From Chloroherpetonaceae bacterium (GTDB lineage: Bacteria > Bacteroidota > Chlorobiia > Chlorobiales > Thermochlorobacteraceae), in contig JBKBRB010000002.1 in the NCBI GenBank assembly GCA_046292465.1, forward strand, positions 22,063 to 86,062: a DNA stretch of 64,000 nucleotides. The letters run 5' to 3'. Below, one piece after another: positions 9,551-18,407 of the stretch. Position 1 is the stretch's first letter. Each line of letters opens with the position of its first letter. A program made the translations under genes and the position numbers. The notes below the pieces were generated by a model. The model saw only the letters and a list, made by a program, of their open reading frames with translations. It was not told the DNA's origin and searched no databases.

Positions 9551-10810
9551 ATGAAACGATGCTTTTTCTTGCTCGTCCTTTTTTTGTTCTCGTTGCCGAC
9601 ATTTGCTCAGTCAGACTCCAGTTCGTTTTCATCGCCTCCACCTTCTGAAGCCGTTTTGCCCCTGCTTTCCAAGCCTGCAATAGCGTTTTTAGACTCAAGC
9701 GAGACGATTTGGGGCGAACTTCTGGCGAGCCTGTTTCAAGACACGACCTTACTCTCCGATACAGCACGGATTTCATTTATGAGCGCTGCACAGTCGCTTG
9801 ATAGCGTTTTCAAATCTTCTCTTCTCGCTGCACGCCAACGGCTCTCTAATCCTTTCCTAACTTCATCGACAAACCAACTTGCACTTGAACAAGCCCGTTT
9901 AGCCGATACGATGCTCACCTTTTACGACTCGCTCGCACGTGCCTTCCATGCCTTGCGCGCGACTTCGTCGGCACGCTCCTCTCCCAACATTGACTATAAA
10001 GTCTTGTTAGAAAACTTGTTGGAAAAATCAACTCCGACGCATCGTTTTTCGTTTAGCACGGCGTATCAAAGCCGCTCGGTTTGGCGTGGGATTGAGCAAA
10101 ATTCAGGCAAGGGCGTATACTCGTTTTCAGGATTGTATCAACATCGGTCGGGCATTTTCCTTTCAGCGAGCGTGCTTGGTCTTCAAGGGCAACCTCATGT
10201 GATAGACCAAGCCTCTGCCAGCATCGGAATGGATTATCAGCCCTTCGATAATTTTCTTCTTTCACTTGCTTATACGCGCTATCACTACAGCGATTCCAGC
10301 GTTCAAGTTCGCTCGACGATTAACAGCGACCTTACACTTTGGCTATCGCTTCAAACCGAATGGCTGACGCCATCTCTAACGCTTATTTGGGCAATCGGCG
10401 AGAGCACGAATGACTTTTTTTGCGCGTGGGAAATTTCTCGCGCGTTTTTTATCGGGCAATTTTCTTCGGGCAGATTGGTGCTCCTTCCCAGCATCAGCGC
10501 AGAGTATGGCACAATTTCCACCATTCGCGCCGTTACTCGACGCACCGGACGCAATTCAGAGCCACAAACTCGCATTGAGCGTTCATCGCCTTTCGTTCTC
10601 ACAAACTACACGTTTTCGCTCTCTCTGCTTTACCGCATCGGAAACATTTCCCTCGCACCTGAATTTCTCTTGGCTGTTCCTATCAATGTTTCCAGCTTCA
10701 CATTTACGGCTATCGGTTCAAGAAATTTCTCTCGTCCTATCACGCGCACCTTTGAGCAAGGCGGTAAATCGTTTGGGTATTTTTCGGTTCAGGTTTCTTA
10801 CTCGCTCTAA
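9551..10810 (+). CDS. Hypothetical outer-membrane beta-barrel protein
   Basis: Signal peptide ending TFA-Q; C-terminal half made of amphipathic strands (YQSRSVWRG), ending YFSVQVSYSL. Confidence 0.65.
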   Translation: MKRCFFLLVLFLFSLPTFAQSDSSSFSSPPPSEAVLPLLSKPAIAFLDSSETIWGELLASLFQDTTLLSDTARISFMSAAQSLDSVFKSSLLAARQRLSNPFLTSSTNQLALEQARLADTMLTFYDSLARAFHALRATSSARSSPNIDYKVLLENLLEKSTPTHRFSFSTAYQSRSVWRGIEQNSGKGVYSFSGLYQHRSGIFLSASVLGLQGQPHVIDQASASIGMDYQPFDNFLLSLAYTRYHYSDSSVQVRSTINSDLTLWLSLQTEWLTPSLTLIWAIGESTNDFFCAWEISRAFFIGQFSSGRLVLLPSISAEYGTISTIRAVTRRTGRNSEPQTRIERSSPFVLTNYTFSLSLLYRIGNISLAPEFLLAVPINVSSFTFTAIGSRNFSRPITRTFEQGGKSFGYFSVQVSYSL

Positions 10811-10865
10811 TTCCTTATCTTTGCACTGTTTTCGTCACTTATCAACCACTCAACTATATCACAAC

Positions 10866-11393
10866 ATGAAACTCACATCTTCATTCGGTTTTTATGCACT
10901 CGCTTTGGCTCTTTTACTTTCCGCCTGCGGACCGAGTGCCGAACAAACCAAACTTTTGAACGACTTCAAATCGACTGTCGAACAACTTGCTTCACAAGAC
11001 AAGGCATTCGGCGAAGAAGAAGAGAAAATGGAAAAAATGCATGCCGAAATGGAGCAAAAGCACAACGACCTTAAAGCCAAAGGCGTTGAAATGCCCGCTC
11101 ACGACTCGATTATCGCCGTCCATCAAAAACTCACCAAAGAGCATAAAGCAATGCATGAAAATCACAAGAAAGTGATTGCAGATCTTCAAGCCAAAGTTGA
11201 ATCTTTTTCCAAGCAAATGCCTTCGGTTGAAGTCTTGAAGCAAGCCTACGCTACTGCCATGAGCGAGTTGGAAAATCTTCAAAAAGACCACGACAAAATG
11301 AAAGCCGAACATGAGCAGATGCACAAAGAGCATGCACAAATGGAAGCCGAACACACTGCACTCTCGACAAAATCAGACAAGAAAAAGAAGTAG
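10866..11393 (+). CDS. His/Met-rich coiled-coil lipoprotein
   Basis: Start reassigned to ATG 10866 (MKLTSSFGFYALALALLLSAC, lipobox LSAC). 12 His, most spaced 7 residues apart. TATCTTTG box at 10816-10823. Confidence 0.8.
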   Translation: MKLTSSFGFYALALALLLSACGPSAEQTKLLNDFKSTVEQLASQDKAFGEEEEKMEKMHAEMEQKHNDLKAKGVEMPAHDSIIAVHQKLTKEHKAMHENHKKVIADLQAKVESFSKQMPSVEVLKQAYATAMSELENLQKDHDKMKAEHEQMHKEHAQMEAEHTALSTKSDKKKK

Positions 11394-11401
11394 CTTTTTC
11401 A

Positions 11402-12457
11402 ATGCCAAGAAAAGCCTCGTTCAACGATTTGGTTACTTCGATTAGCAAGGGCAAAATTGAGCCTGTGTATTTTTTTTACGGCAAAGAAGATTTCCTGATG
11501 GAGGAGTTGATTGAACTGCTCCGCGCCAAAGTCTTTCGCACCAAAGAAGAAGCGCAAGCGAATTTCACGGTGCTTTTCGGTGGCACGGGCGCGGAGAAAT
11601 CCATCTCGCTTGGCGACATTCTTTCCGCCGCCTCCGCCTACGGAATGTTCGCTGAACAAAAAATGATCGTCGTGCGTGAGTTCGACAAGGTTCAGAAGCC
11701 GAAGAAAGACCTTCAAAAATCCACTTATCAAGCCCTTGCCGAATATGTCAAACATCCGCTCGAGAACACTGTGTTAGTGCTTTGTGCAGGCGAATTGGAT
11801 AAGAAAGACCTTGCCAAGGAGCCGTTCTCCATTTTGGATTCGGTCGGATACGAGTTTCCGCCGATGCGCGACATTTCAGGCTTTGCTGACGATTACGCCA
11901 AACGTTTAGGCTGGCGACTGACGCCCGAAGCCTTGCGGCTCTTGGTGATGTATGCGGGCAGTTCCGCGCGCGATATTGGCAATGAACTTCAAAAACTCAC
12001 GCTCTATGCGGGCAATCGGGAAGATAAAACGCTGACGGAAAAAGATGTGTCGGAAGTTGTTGGCATTTCGCGCGAGTATAATGTCTTTGAACTTCAAAAG
12101 GCAATATGTAACCGCGACCTTCGGCAGTCTTCAGGCATTGCACTTAAAATTTTAGAGAAGGAAGAGCCTGTCTCTATCGTTAATGCTTTGACCGTCTTTT
12201 TCACGCGGCTATGGAAATTGCACTCCCCTGTCCTTCAGCGAATGTCAGAGCAAGATGCTGCAAAGGAACTTGGCATGTCGGGCGGACAAGTGCGTTTCTT
12301 ACCCGATTACAAACAATATGCGATGCAATTTACGCCTGCTGAACTTGAACGGGCTTTAGTCGCACTGAGCCTTGCAGACCAAACGCTTAAAGGTATACAA
12401 CCGCCGATTGAGCGGCCGCTCTTAATGCTGAAATTGATTCGCGAAATTTTGTCGTGA
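11402..12457 (+). CDS. holA: DNA polymerase III subunit delta
   Basis: PVYFFYGKEDFL, GMFAEQKMIVVRE, NELQKL, VGISREYNVFELQKAI, ADQTLKG. Confidence 0.88.
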   Translation: MPRKASFNDLVTSISKGKIEPVYFFYGKEDFLMEELIELLRAKVFRTKEEAQANFTVLFGGTGAEKSISLGDILSAASAYGMFAEQKMIVVREFDKVQKPKKDLQKSTYQALAEYVKHPLENTVLVLCAGELDKKDLAKEPFSILDSVGYEFPPMRDISGFADDYAKRLGWRLTPEALRLLVMYAGSSARDIGNELQKLTLYAGNREDKTLTEKDVSEVVGISREYNVFELQKAICNRDLRQSSGIALKILEKEEPVSIVNALTVFFTRLWKLHSPVLQRMSEQDAAKELGMSGGQVRFLPDYKQYAMQFTPAELERALVALSLADQTLKGIQPPIERPLLMLKLIREILS

Positions 12458-12498
12458 ATGTTATTTTGCTTTTTATACTAAACACTTAAAACTCACGA

Positions 12499-13371
12499 AT
12501 GTCAGCCATCCACCTCGTCAAACACATTCTTTGCCCTGTTGACTTTTCCGAAAAGTCGCTTCAAGTCATTGACCATGCCTTGCGATTAAGCGACGTTTTT
12601 GATGCAAGCATTTCGGTATTGAACGTCGTTGATGATTCTTTGCCTGAATACGCCTCGTATCGTCGCAGTGAAAAGGATATTCAGATGCTTCGTCGCACGC
12701 TCGAACAAGATTCGCAAAATCGGATGAAGTTGCATATCGAGCCGCGCTTGCGCAGTTTTCCTGACTCCAAAATGATTACACTGTTTGGAAAGCCTTCCGA
12801 TATGATTGTCAAAGTTGCCAAAGAACAGCGGGCGAATTTGATTATGATGGCAACGCGTTCGCTCGGCTTAACTGGTCAGTTCATTTTAGGAAGCACCACC
12901 TACAAGATTCTTCGCACCTCTCCCTGTCCTTTGATGGTTTTTTCAAAACCCGAAATGAAGTTTCGCGCGCTTCGCATTTTATTCCCGACCGATTTTTCAG
13001 AAATTTCTCAACTCTCGATTCCCTACGTCGTTAAGTTAGCAGTCGATTATGGTGCAGATATTCACCTTGTTCACTACCGACAATTGCATAATTCGTTCTC
13101 CAAAGACCCCGCGCGCCATCTTGAACTCATCAAGCGTAGCATTGTCTCGAATCGCATTCCTTCTACTCGCATTTTTGCGAGCGACGATATTAAAGGGAGC
13201 ACGCCCGGCGCGGCAATTCTCAAATACGCCAAAGAACATAGTGTTGATTTAATTATCCTTTCTGCACACGGCATATCAGGCTATAAGCAGTTTTTTCTCG
13301 GCACCACCGCCGTTGAAGTTTCCAGCAAAAGCGAAATACCTGTGTTGCTGATTCGCAAAATGGAGTTCTAA
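12499..13371 (+). CDS. Tandem universal stress protein
   Basis: Two USP domains: HILCPVDFS..ILGSTTYKILRTSPCP and ILFPTDFS..FLGTTAVEVSSKSEIPVL. Confidence 0.88.
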   Translation: MSAIHLVKHILCPVDFSEKSLQVIDHALRLSDVFDASISVLNVVDDSLPEYASYRRSEKDIQMLRRTLEQDSQNRMKLHIEPRLRSFPDSKMITLFGKPSDMIVKVAKEQRANLIMMATRSLGLTGQFILGSTTYKILRTSPCPLMVFSKPEMKFRALRILFPTDFSEISQLSIPYVVKLAVDYGADIHLVHYRQLHNSFSKDPARHLELIKRSIVSNRIPSTRIFASDDIKGSTPGAAILKYAKEHSVDLIILSAHGISGYKQFFLGTTAVEVSSKSEIPVLLIRKMEF

Positions 13372-13571
13372 TCCCTCTTTTCCCTGTCGCTTTCTTGCGA
13401 CAACCTTCCTCATCAGTGTTTGCTTTTTCCGACACCTCCCCAGCGCATCTCATCTTTTTTGAGCAATTCCGCAAAGAATGCCTTTGGCACGCTTTTGGAT
13501 TTTTGTCTCAACAGAGTTGTAGCACATATGCTCGCTCGTTTCTACCAACAACTTAAATTTGATAACAAACA

Positions 13572-14135
13572 ATGAAAACCATCTTCACTTCACTTGCGCT
13601 TGTTTTGCTTCTCTCGCTTTCAGCCGTCGCACAAGAAGCCTCGTCAGAACAATCATCTGCCTCGAGCAACAACCTTGTTTTCTTGAAATCTGGCGACTTG
13701 GTCTTTGGCGGTCGTGTGGCTTTGGGCGGCGTTGCGGGGGCTTCATTCGGCTTTGCCGCAAATGCTGAATACGGATTTTCGGACAACATCGGCATTGGCG
13801 GATTCTTCGGCTATTCAGGCTACAAAGAAGACTTTGGCTTCTACGAAGCCTCTTATTCAAACATCTTGATTTTAGGCTCGGTCAACTACCATCAAGACTT
13901 TTTGAAGATTCAAAATCTCGACACGTGGGCGGCTGTTAGTATCGGCTACAATGTCGCAAGTGCCGAAGCAAAAGCAAAGCAAGGCGGCGGCATTGTTCCT
14001 GCGGTGAGTGCGGGCGGCGTGGTTTGGGGCGTTACCGCCAATCTGCGCTACTACCTGACTTCAAACTTTGCGATTGCAGCAAGCGCAGGCTACGGTCTCG
14101 GATACTTACAAGTCGGATTGGATTACAAACTTTAA
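13572..14135 (+). CDS. Small outer-membrane beta-barrel protein
   Basis: Signal peptide; Gly/aromatic-rich strands; C-terminal GYGLGYLQVGLDYKL. Confidence 0.75.
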   Translation: MKTIFTSLALVLLLSLSAVAQEASSEQSSASSNNLVFLKSGDLVFGGRVALGGVAGASFGFAANAEYGFSDNIGIGGFFGYSGYKEDFGFYEASYSNILILGSVNYHQDFLKIQNLDTWAAVSIGYNVASAEAKAKQGGGIVPAVSAGGVVWGVTANLRYYLTSNFAIAASAGYGLGYLQVGLDYKL

Positions 14136-14180
14136 CCTTCCTTTGCTCTTTTCTCGCAAGATTCTTTTATCGTCATGCTG

Positions 14181-14214
14181 AGCCGTCTCTCAAAAAGGGG
14201 CGGCTTTTTGTTTT
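14181..14214 (+). terminator. Intrinsic terminator
   Basis: agccgtctct-caaaa-aggggcggct stem (with G-U pairs) followed by ttttgtttt. Confidence 0.7.
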
Positions 14215-14275
14215 GGGCGAATTGTGTCGTAACTTTCAATCAAATGAACACTTTAACATTTTCAGGAGTAATACT

Positions 14276-15673
14276 ATGATTGCACCTCAACAAAGCGACT
14301 TTGTCGCTTCCGATACACTCACCATTTCAGAGCCAACTCCTTCAAGAAAAAATCCTTCAAGGAAAAAGCGATGGCTTCTTGTTCAGCCGAAAAGCAAAAC
14401 CAACCTCATGGTCGATTCGGGCAAGGTTAGCATTCCGCTAAACTTGATGATGGTAGGCACGCTTGCGAAAACCCGCTTCGATGTGGAGTTTGTTGACGAG
14501 CGCATCGGCGATGTTGTTCCCGAAGATTTATCCAAATATGATGTCGTTGCAATTACAGCAAGAACGCTCAATGTTTCAAAGGCATATCAAATTGCCGACC
14601 GCGCAAGGGCACAAGGCGCACGCGTCATTCTGGGCGGCACGCACCCGACCATGATGTTTGAAGAAGCCAAAGCGCACGCCACGAGCGTTGTCTTCGGCGA
14701 AATTGAATCTGTATGGGATTCGCTTGCGGACGATGTAGAAAACGACACGATGAAGCCTCAATACAAAGCAGGCGCGTTCAAATCCATGACGCAAATGGGC
14801 ATGCCTGATTTCAGCATCGTTCTGAGTTCTCCAAATTCGCATCGTTATAGTTTTCGCATTCCGCTCCTTGCCACGAAAGGTTGTCCCGTCGGCTGTAACT
14901 TCTGCACCACGCCAACCATTTACGGCAAGTCGTTCCGCACACGCACCAGCGACCTTGTTGTCGAAGAAATCAAGTTTCATCAAAATCGCTTGGGCAAAAA
15001 AGACATTCATATTTCGTTTATGGACGATAACATCAGTTTTCGCCCTGCTTTTATGGAAGAATTGATGCACGCCATGATTGGTCTTGGTGCAAAGTGGAAC
15101 GCGAATATCTCAATGAACTTTCTCGAAAAGCCCGAAGTGCCGAAACTTGCCAAAGAAGCCGGCTGCGAACTTCTGAACGTCGGCTTTGAATCTGTTACGC
15201 CCGAAACAATTAAGTATGTGCATAAAGGTTCGAACCGAATCGGACGCTACGACGAAGTTGTCGCTAATGTGCATAACGCAGGCATCGGCATACAAGGCTA
15301 TTTCATTTTCGGATTTGATACTGACACGAAAAACAGTTTTCAAGGCACTTACGACTTCATCATGCGCAATCGCATCGAGTTTCCTGTTTTCACCATTGCC
15401 ACGCCTTTTCCGGGCACGCCTTGGTTTGAAGAAATGAAACCACGCATCGAGCATTTTGATTGGGATAAATACGACACCTTCCACTACATGTATAAGCCGA
15501 TGAAAATGGAGCGCGAGGAATTTTTGGAAAACTTCATCAAAATTCAACGCGAGATTTATTCGTGGAAAAACATTTGGCACCGACTTCACGGCAAGCCGTT
15601 TAATTGGATTTGGATGGTCAATGTTGCCATGCACTACTTCACTCGTCGACTCACTCCCCAAATGTTGTTGTGA
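14276..15673 (+). CDS. bchR: B12-binding radical SAM methyltransferase, BchQ/BchR-type (bacteriochlorophyllide c/d side-chain methylase; BchR best guess)
   Basis: Start at ATG 14276 (AGGAG upstream). B12-binding region (GGTHPT..GEIE), CxxxCxxC in GCPVGCNFC, MDDN, GFES. WLLVQPKS..MVDSG..PLNL recalls Chlorobi BchQ/R; the paralogue call is from memory only. Confidence 0.55.
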   Translation: MIAPQQSDFVASDTLTISEPTPSRKNPSRKKRWLLVQPKSKTNLMVDSGKVSIPLNLMMVGTLAKTRFDVEFVDERIGDVVPEDLSKYDVVAITARTLNVSKAYQIADRARAQGARVILGGTHPTMMFEEAKAHATSVVFGEIESVWDSLADDVENDTMKPQYKAGAFKSMTQMGMPDFSIVLSSPNSHRYSFRIPLLATKGCPVGCNFCTTPTIYGKSFRTRTSDLVVEEIKFHQNRLGKKDIHISFMDDNISFRPAFMEELMHAMIGLGAKWNANISMNFLEKPEVPKLAKEAGCELLNVGFESVTPETIKYVHKGSNRIGRYDEVVANVHNAGIGIQGYFIFGFDTDTKNSFQGTYDFIMRNRIEFPVFTIATPFPGTPWFEEMKPRIEHFDWDKYDTFHYMYKPMKMEREEFLENFIKIQREIYSWKNIWHRLHGKPFNWIWMVNVAMHYFTRRLTPQMLL

Positions 15674-15674
15674 G

Positions 15675-15989
15675 TTACGGCTCGACAAGAATCGTTACAT
15701 CGCTTGTTGGAGCGCATTGGCATGCTAATCGTTCATTTTCTTTGAGGAGGTTTTGGGCGCGGAAGTTTTTTTCTTCACGAGTCAGATGGGAAAGATTTTC
15801 CGCGCCTTCTATGACGGTAACGCGGCACGTTGTGCAAAGCCCTATTCCGCCACACGCACCACCAATTTTTATTCCTTCGTTGAACGCAAGGCTTTGCAGG
15901 CTTTCACCTTCAAGTTGGTTTTCGCTCGCAATGACAATTCTTTCGCTCTTGCCGTCAGGCTTTTGCAGGAGAATGGTAATGCTTGGCAT
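15675..15989 (-). CDS. [2Fe-2S] ferredoxin (adrenodoxin-type)
   Basis: CGGIGLCTTCRV...ERLACQ. Confidence 0.88.
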   Translation of the reverse strand: MPSITILLQKPDGKSERIVIASENQLEGESLQSLAFNEGIKIGGACGGIGLCTTCRVTVIEGAENLSHLTREEKNFRAQNLLKENERLACQCAPTSDVTILVEP

Positions 15990-16016
15990 GTGGCGTCTTT
16001 ACGCTAAAACTTTACA

Positions 16017-16973
16017 CTAAAACGAAAGCGTTCGGTTGAATATCACATCGAAACGAAACGACTTTGCTTTGAGGCGGCGTTCAAAGTGCTGAATGACTTT
16101 TTCCAATCGTGAGGGAATCGCCATGATTTTTTCTTGCGCTTTACTTCCAATGTCGTTCAATCCCGTCAAGGCGTCTACTTTCCACTGCGCAATGAGTTGC
16201 TCGACGATGATTTTGTAATCGTTCATCGAGTAGCCGCCCGAGCGCGTAATCACTTCTGCATATTCGGCGAAATTCTTGATGGAAACGCCCGGCATATCAA
16301 TCGATGGAAGCACTTCGCTTGCCGCTTCAAGAGCGGCGTTGGCGTCGCGCTTTAAGATTTCTTTGAAGACCGTCATGTAAAAGACGAAATGACGCGCCTC
16401 TTCGGTTGCAATGCGTTTCAGAATCGTAGAGATGGTCGGCTCGTTTTCGCCGATAAGTTTTGCAGTGTCTTCGTGCGAGATTTGGGTGGCGCGCTCTTGC
16501 GCGGAAGTATAGACAAAAGTTTTGTATGGATTGCCTGTCCAACTTGGCATGAAGCCTCTTTGAATGTAATCAAATTGTGCTTGCTCAAGGGCTTTGAAGT
16601 CAAAGATGTTTGCGTCGCGGCAGTAGTCGCGAATGACATTTCCGTGTCGGTCTTCTTCCGCCGTCCAAAGGAAATTCCACTTTGTCCAAAAACTATCCGT
16701 CCCAAATGCTTGCGCCAAAAGGCGATGGAAGTGAGGCAATCCTTCTTCGGTCATTAAGTTCAGCGCGAGCGAGACGCGGGCGTTGTCAGGAATTGATTTT
16801 GCTCTTTCGCGCAAGGCTTGCAGTTGAGTTGTGTCTTCGCTGTTGCTATATGGCAAGAGGTCAGAGGAAAACCAAAGCACACGTTTTTCTTCGTGCGAGG
16901 CAATTAACGATTCAACGATGGGTTCTAATTCAGAGAGGACTTCAATTTGAGAAGCAACAGAGACAGTCGGCAT
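16017..16973 (-). CDS. Soluble diiron acyl-ACP desaturase (FA_desaturase_2/DesA-like)
   Basis: TEEGLP, WTAEEDRHG, QERATQISH and IATEEARH supply the diiron ExxH ligands; DMPG. Confidence 0.88.
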   Translation of the reverse strand: MPTVSVASQIEVLSELEPIVESLIASHEEKRVLWFSSDLLPYSNSEDTTQLQALRERAKSIPDNARVSLALNLMTEEGLPHFHRLLAQAFGTDSFWTKWNFLWTAEEDRHGNVIRDYCRDANIFDFKALEQAQFDYIQRGFMPSWTGNPYKTFVYTSAQERATQISHEDTAKLIGENEPTISTILKRIATEEARHFVFYMTVFKEILKRDANAALEAASEVLPSIDMPGVSIKNFAEYAEVITRSGGYSMNDYKIIVEQLIAQWKVDALTGLNDIGSKAQEKIMAIPSRLEKVIQHFERRLKAKSFRFDVIFNRTLSF

Positions 16974-17069
16974 ATTTTTACTTGAAAATTAGTTAAGTCT
17001 GCCAATATAGCACTTAATTTCCGCTTTCTCTCTTTCTTTTCAGAAGCCCTCTTTTTTTCATTTGAAACT

Positions 17070-17849
17070 TTACGCGCCCGAAGATTGCACGAAGTGCACC
17101 ATGTTGAGAAACTTGAAAATCATTTTCGTAACATCTTCGCGATACATCACCACATAGTCTCCCCTATCAACCACCGAAAAGCCTTCGTGTTTTCGCTGTT
17201 CGTATTCGGCTTTGCTAATACAGGTTTTGAAAACGGTGGCTTTGCCTGTAAAGATAAGCCATTTGAGGTAGCCGTGCGTTTTGAGATAATACTCGCTGAT
17301 GCGCACTTTTTGAACTTCGGGCGATGTATCGCGCTCGTGTCCGACACGACTCACAGCGGCTTCGCTCATTCGTCTTCGCGCTTCGGCGGCATTGATTTCA
17401 ATAACGACAATGATGGCGTAGATATTATTGCGCTTCAAAAACTTTTGGAAATGCTTTACGTGCTCCACCGTGCGCGGATAGCCAACGACGATAAACGGGC
17501 GAGTGTAATAATCGTCGTGTACAACGAACTGATGATAAAATTCTTCCAATGCCCAGTCAGCAATTTTGACGCGCAAGTCGTCAGGCAGATACACTGCATG
17601 TTTCAAGCAGTATTGAATGGTCGCCGCTTCAATTTCATTTTCAGGCTTGTATTTGGCTACCCATTCCGAAAAAGAAAATCGTGGTAGATTTAATTCTTCA
17701 CTCATGGCTTTGGCTTGCGTATGGCGACCTGCATAAGTCATGCCTTCAACCACAATGCATGTGTTCGCATCGGGCGGAAGATTTTTGAACTCCTCTGCCG
17801 TGAGAATGTTTGGCAGGTCTAATTCGGTGAGCACATTGCTGTAAATCAT
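17070..17849 (-). CDS. Adenylate-kinase-like protein with degenerate motifs
   Basis: IVVEGMTYAGRHTQA (cf. GxPGAGKGTQA), FIVVGYPRT (cf. DGFPRT), ERDTSPEVQKVRISEYY (cf. RxDD..E....Rl..Y). Confidence 0.6.
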   Translation of the reverse strand: MIYSNVLTELDLPNILTAEEFKNLPPDANTCIVVEGMTYAGRHTQAKAMSEELNLPRFSFSEWVAKYKPENEIEAATIQYCLKHAVYLPDDLRVKIADWALEEFYHQFVVHDDYYTRPFIVVGYPRTVEHVKHFQKFLKRNNIYAIIVVIEINAAEARRRMSEAAVSRVGHERDTSPEVQKVRISEYYLKTHGYLKWLIFTGKATVFKTCISKAEYEQRKHEGFSVVDRGDYVVMYREDVTKMIFKFLNMVHFVQSSGA

Positions 17850-17999
17850 TTTTAGATTGTCTAATGGTTAATGGAAACCTATATTGCTGGTGTGTGCATT
17901 GAAAATACGCACGGTTCTGACTTATCGCCAATTCACTGCTGGCACAAAGTTTTTATTTTCACTATAACTTTCAACATCAACTCAACACCATCATCAGTT

Positions 18000-18380
18000 A
18001 TGACACGCATTCTGTTTTTGCTCTTTGTTGCTTTTTCACTTTCAGCGTGCAATGCGCAAGAAAAAAAATCTGCGCTTCCGCCGTTAGATGAAGTTACCAA
18101 AAGTGCGATTGCACAAGATTCAAAAGCGAAGGAACTTTACGAGAAAGTCGAGCAAGCCGCTTCGTCAGGCGATAAGGTGAGCCTGATTGCGGCATATTTG
18201 AATTTTGGAAATTACATGATGTTTGAATCATCTGTGCCGCCGCGCCAGAAGTATCGCCCTGCGCTCAAAGCCTACAATGCAGTGTTGGCACTGCAACCCG
18301 ATAACCCCGAAGCGGCAAAGAACAAAAAAACGATTGAGGACATCTACACACAAATGGGCTTGCCGATTCCGAAAGATTGA
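18000..18380 (+). CDS. Small TPR-containing lipoprotein
   Basis: Start at ATG 18000; lipobox LSAC; TPR-like ALKAYNAVLALQPDNPEA. Confidence 0.7.
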   Translation: MTRILFLLFVAFSLSACNAQEKKSALPPLDEVTKSAIAQDSKAKELYEKVEQAASSGDKVSLIAAYLNFGNYMMFESSVPPRQKYRPALKAYNAVLALQPDNPEAAKNKKTIEDIYTQMGLPIPKD

Positions 18381-18407
18381 CCATCTGCATATCGACCAAC
18401 ATGCACA

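Noticed and set aside
10410-10865. N-terminal extensions in the ORF track (10410, 14024, 17871, 38017, 43466, 51756, 58527, 59527)
   Set aside because: They overlap neighbouring genes or intergenic signals. Downstream ATGs fit signal peptides or family N-termini better.
13484-13500. Sigma-54-like TGGCACG upstream of the beta-barrel gene
   Set aside because: The -12 element reads GA rather than GC (GG-N10-GA), too weak to call.
15675-15989. Ferredoxin as a chlorosome Fe-S protein (CsmI/J/X)
   Set aside because: Only 104 aa, lacks the C-terminal anchoring region, and is linked to the desaturase.
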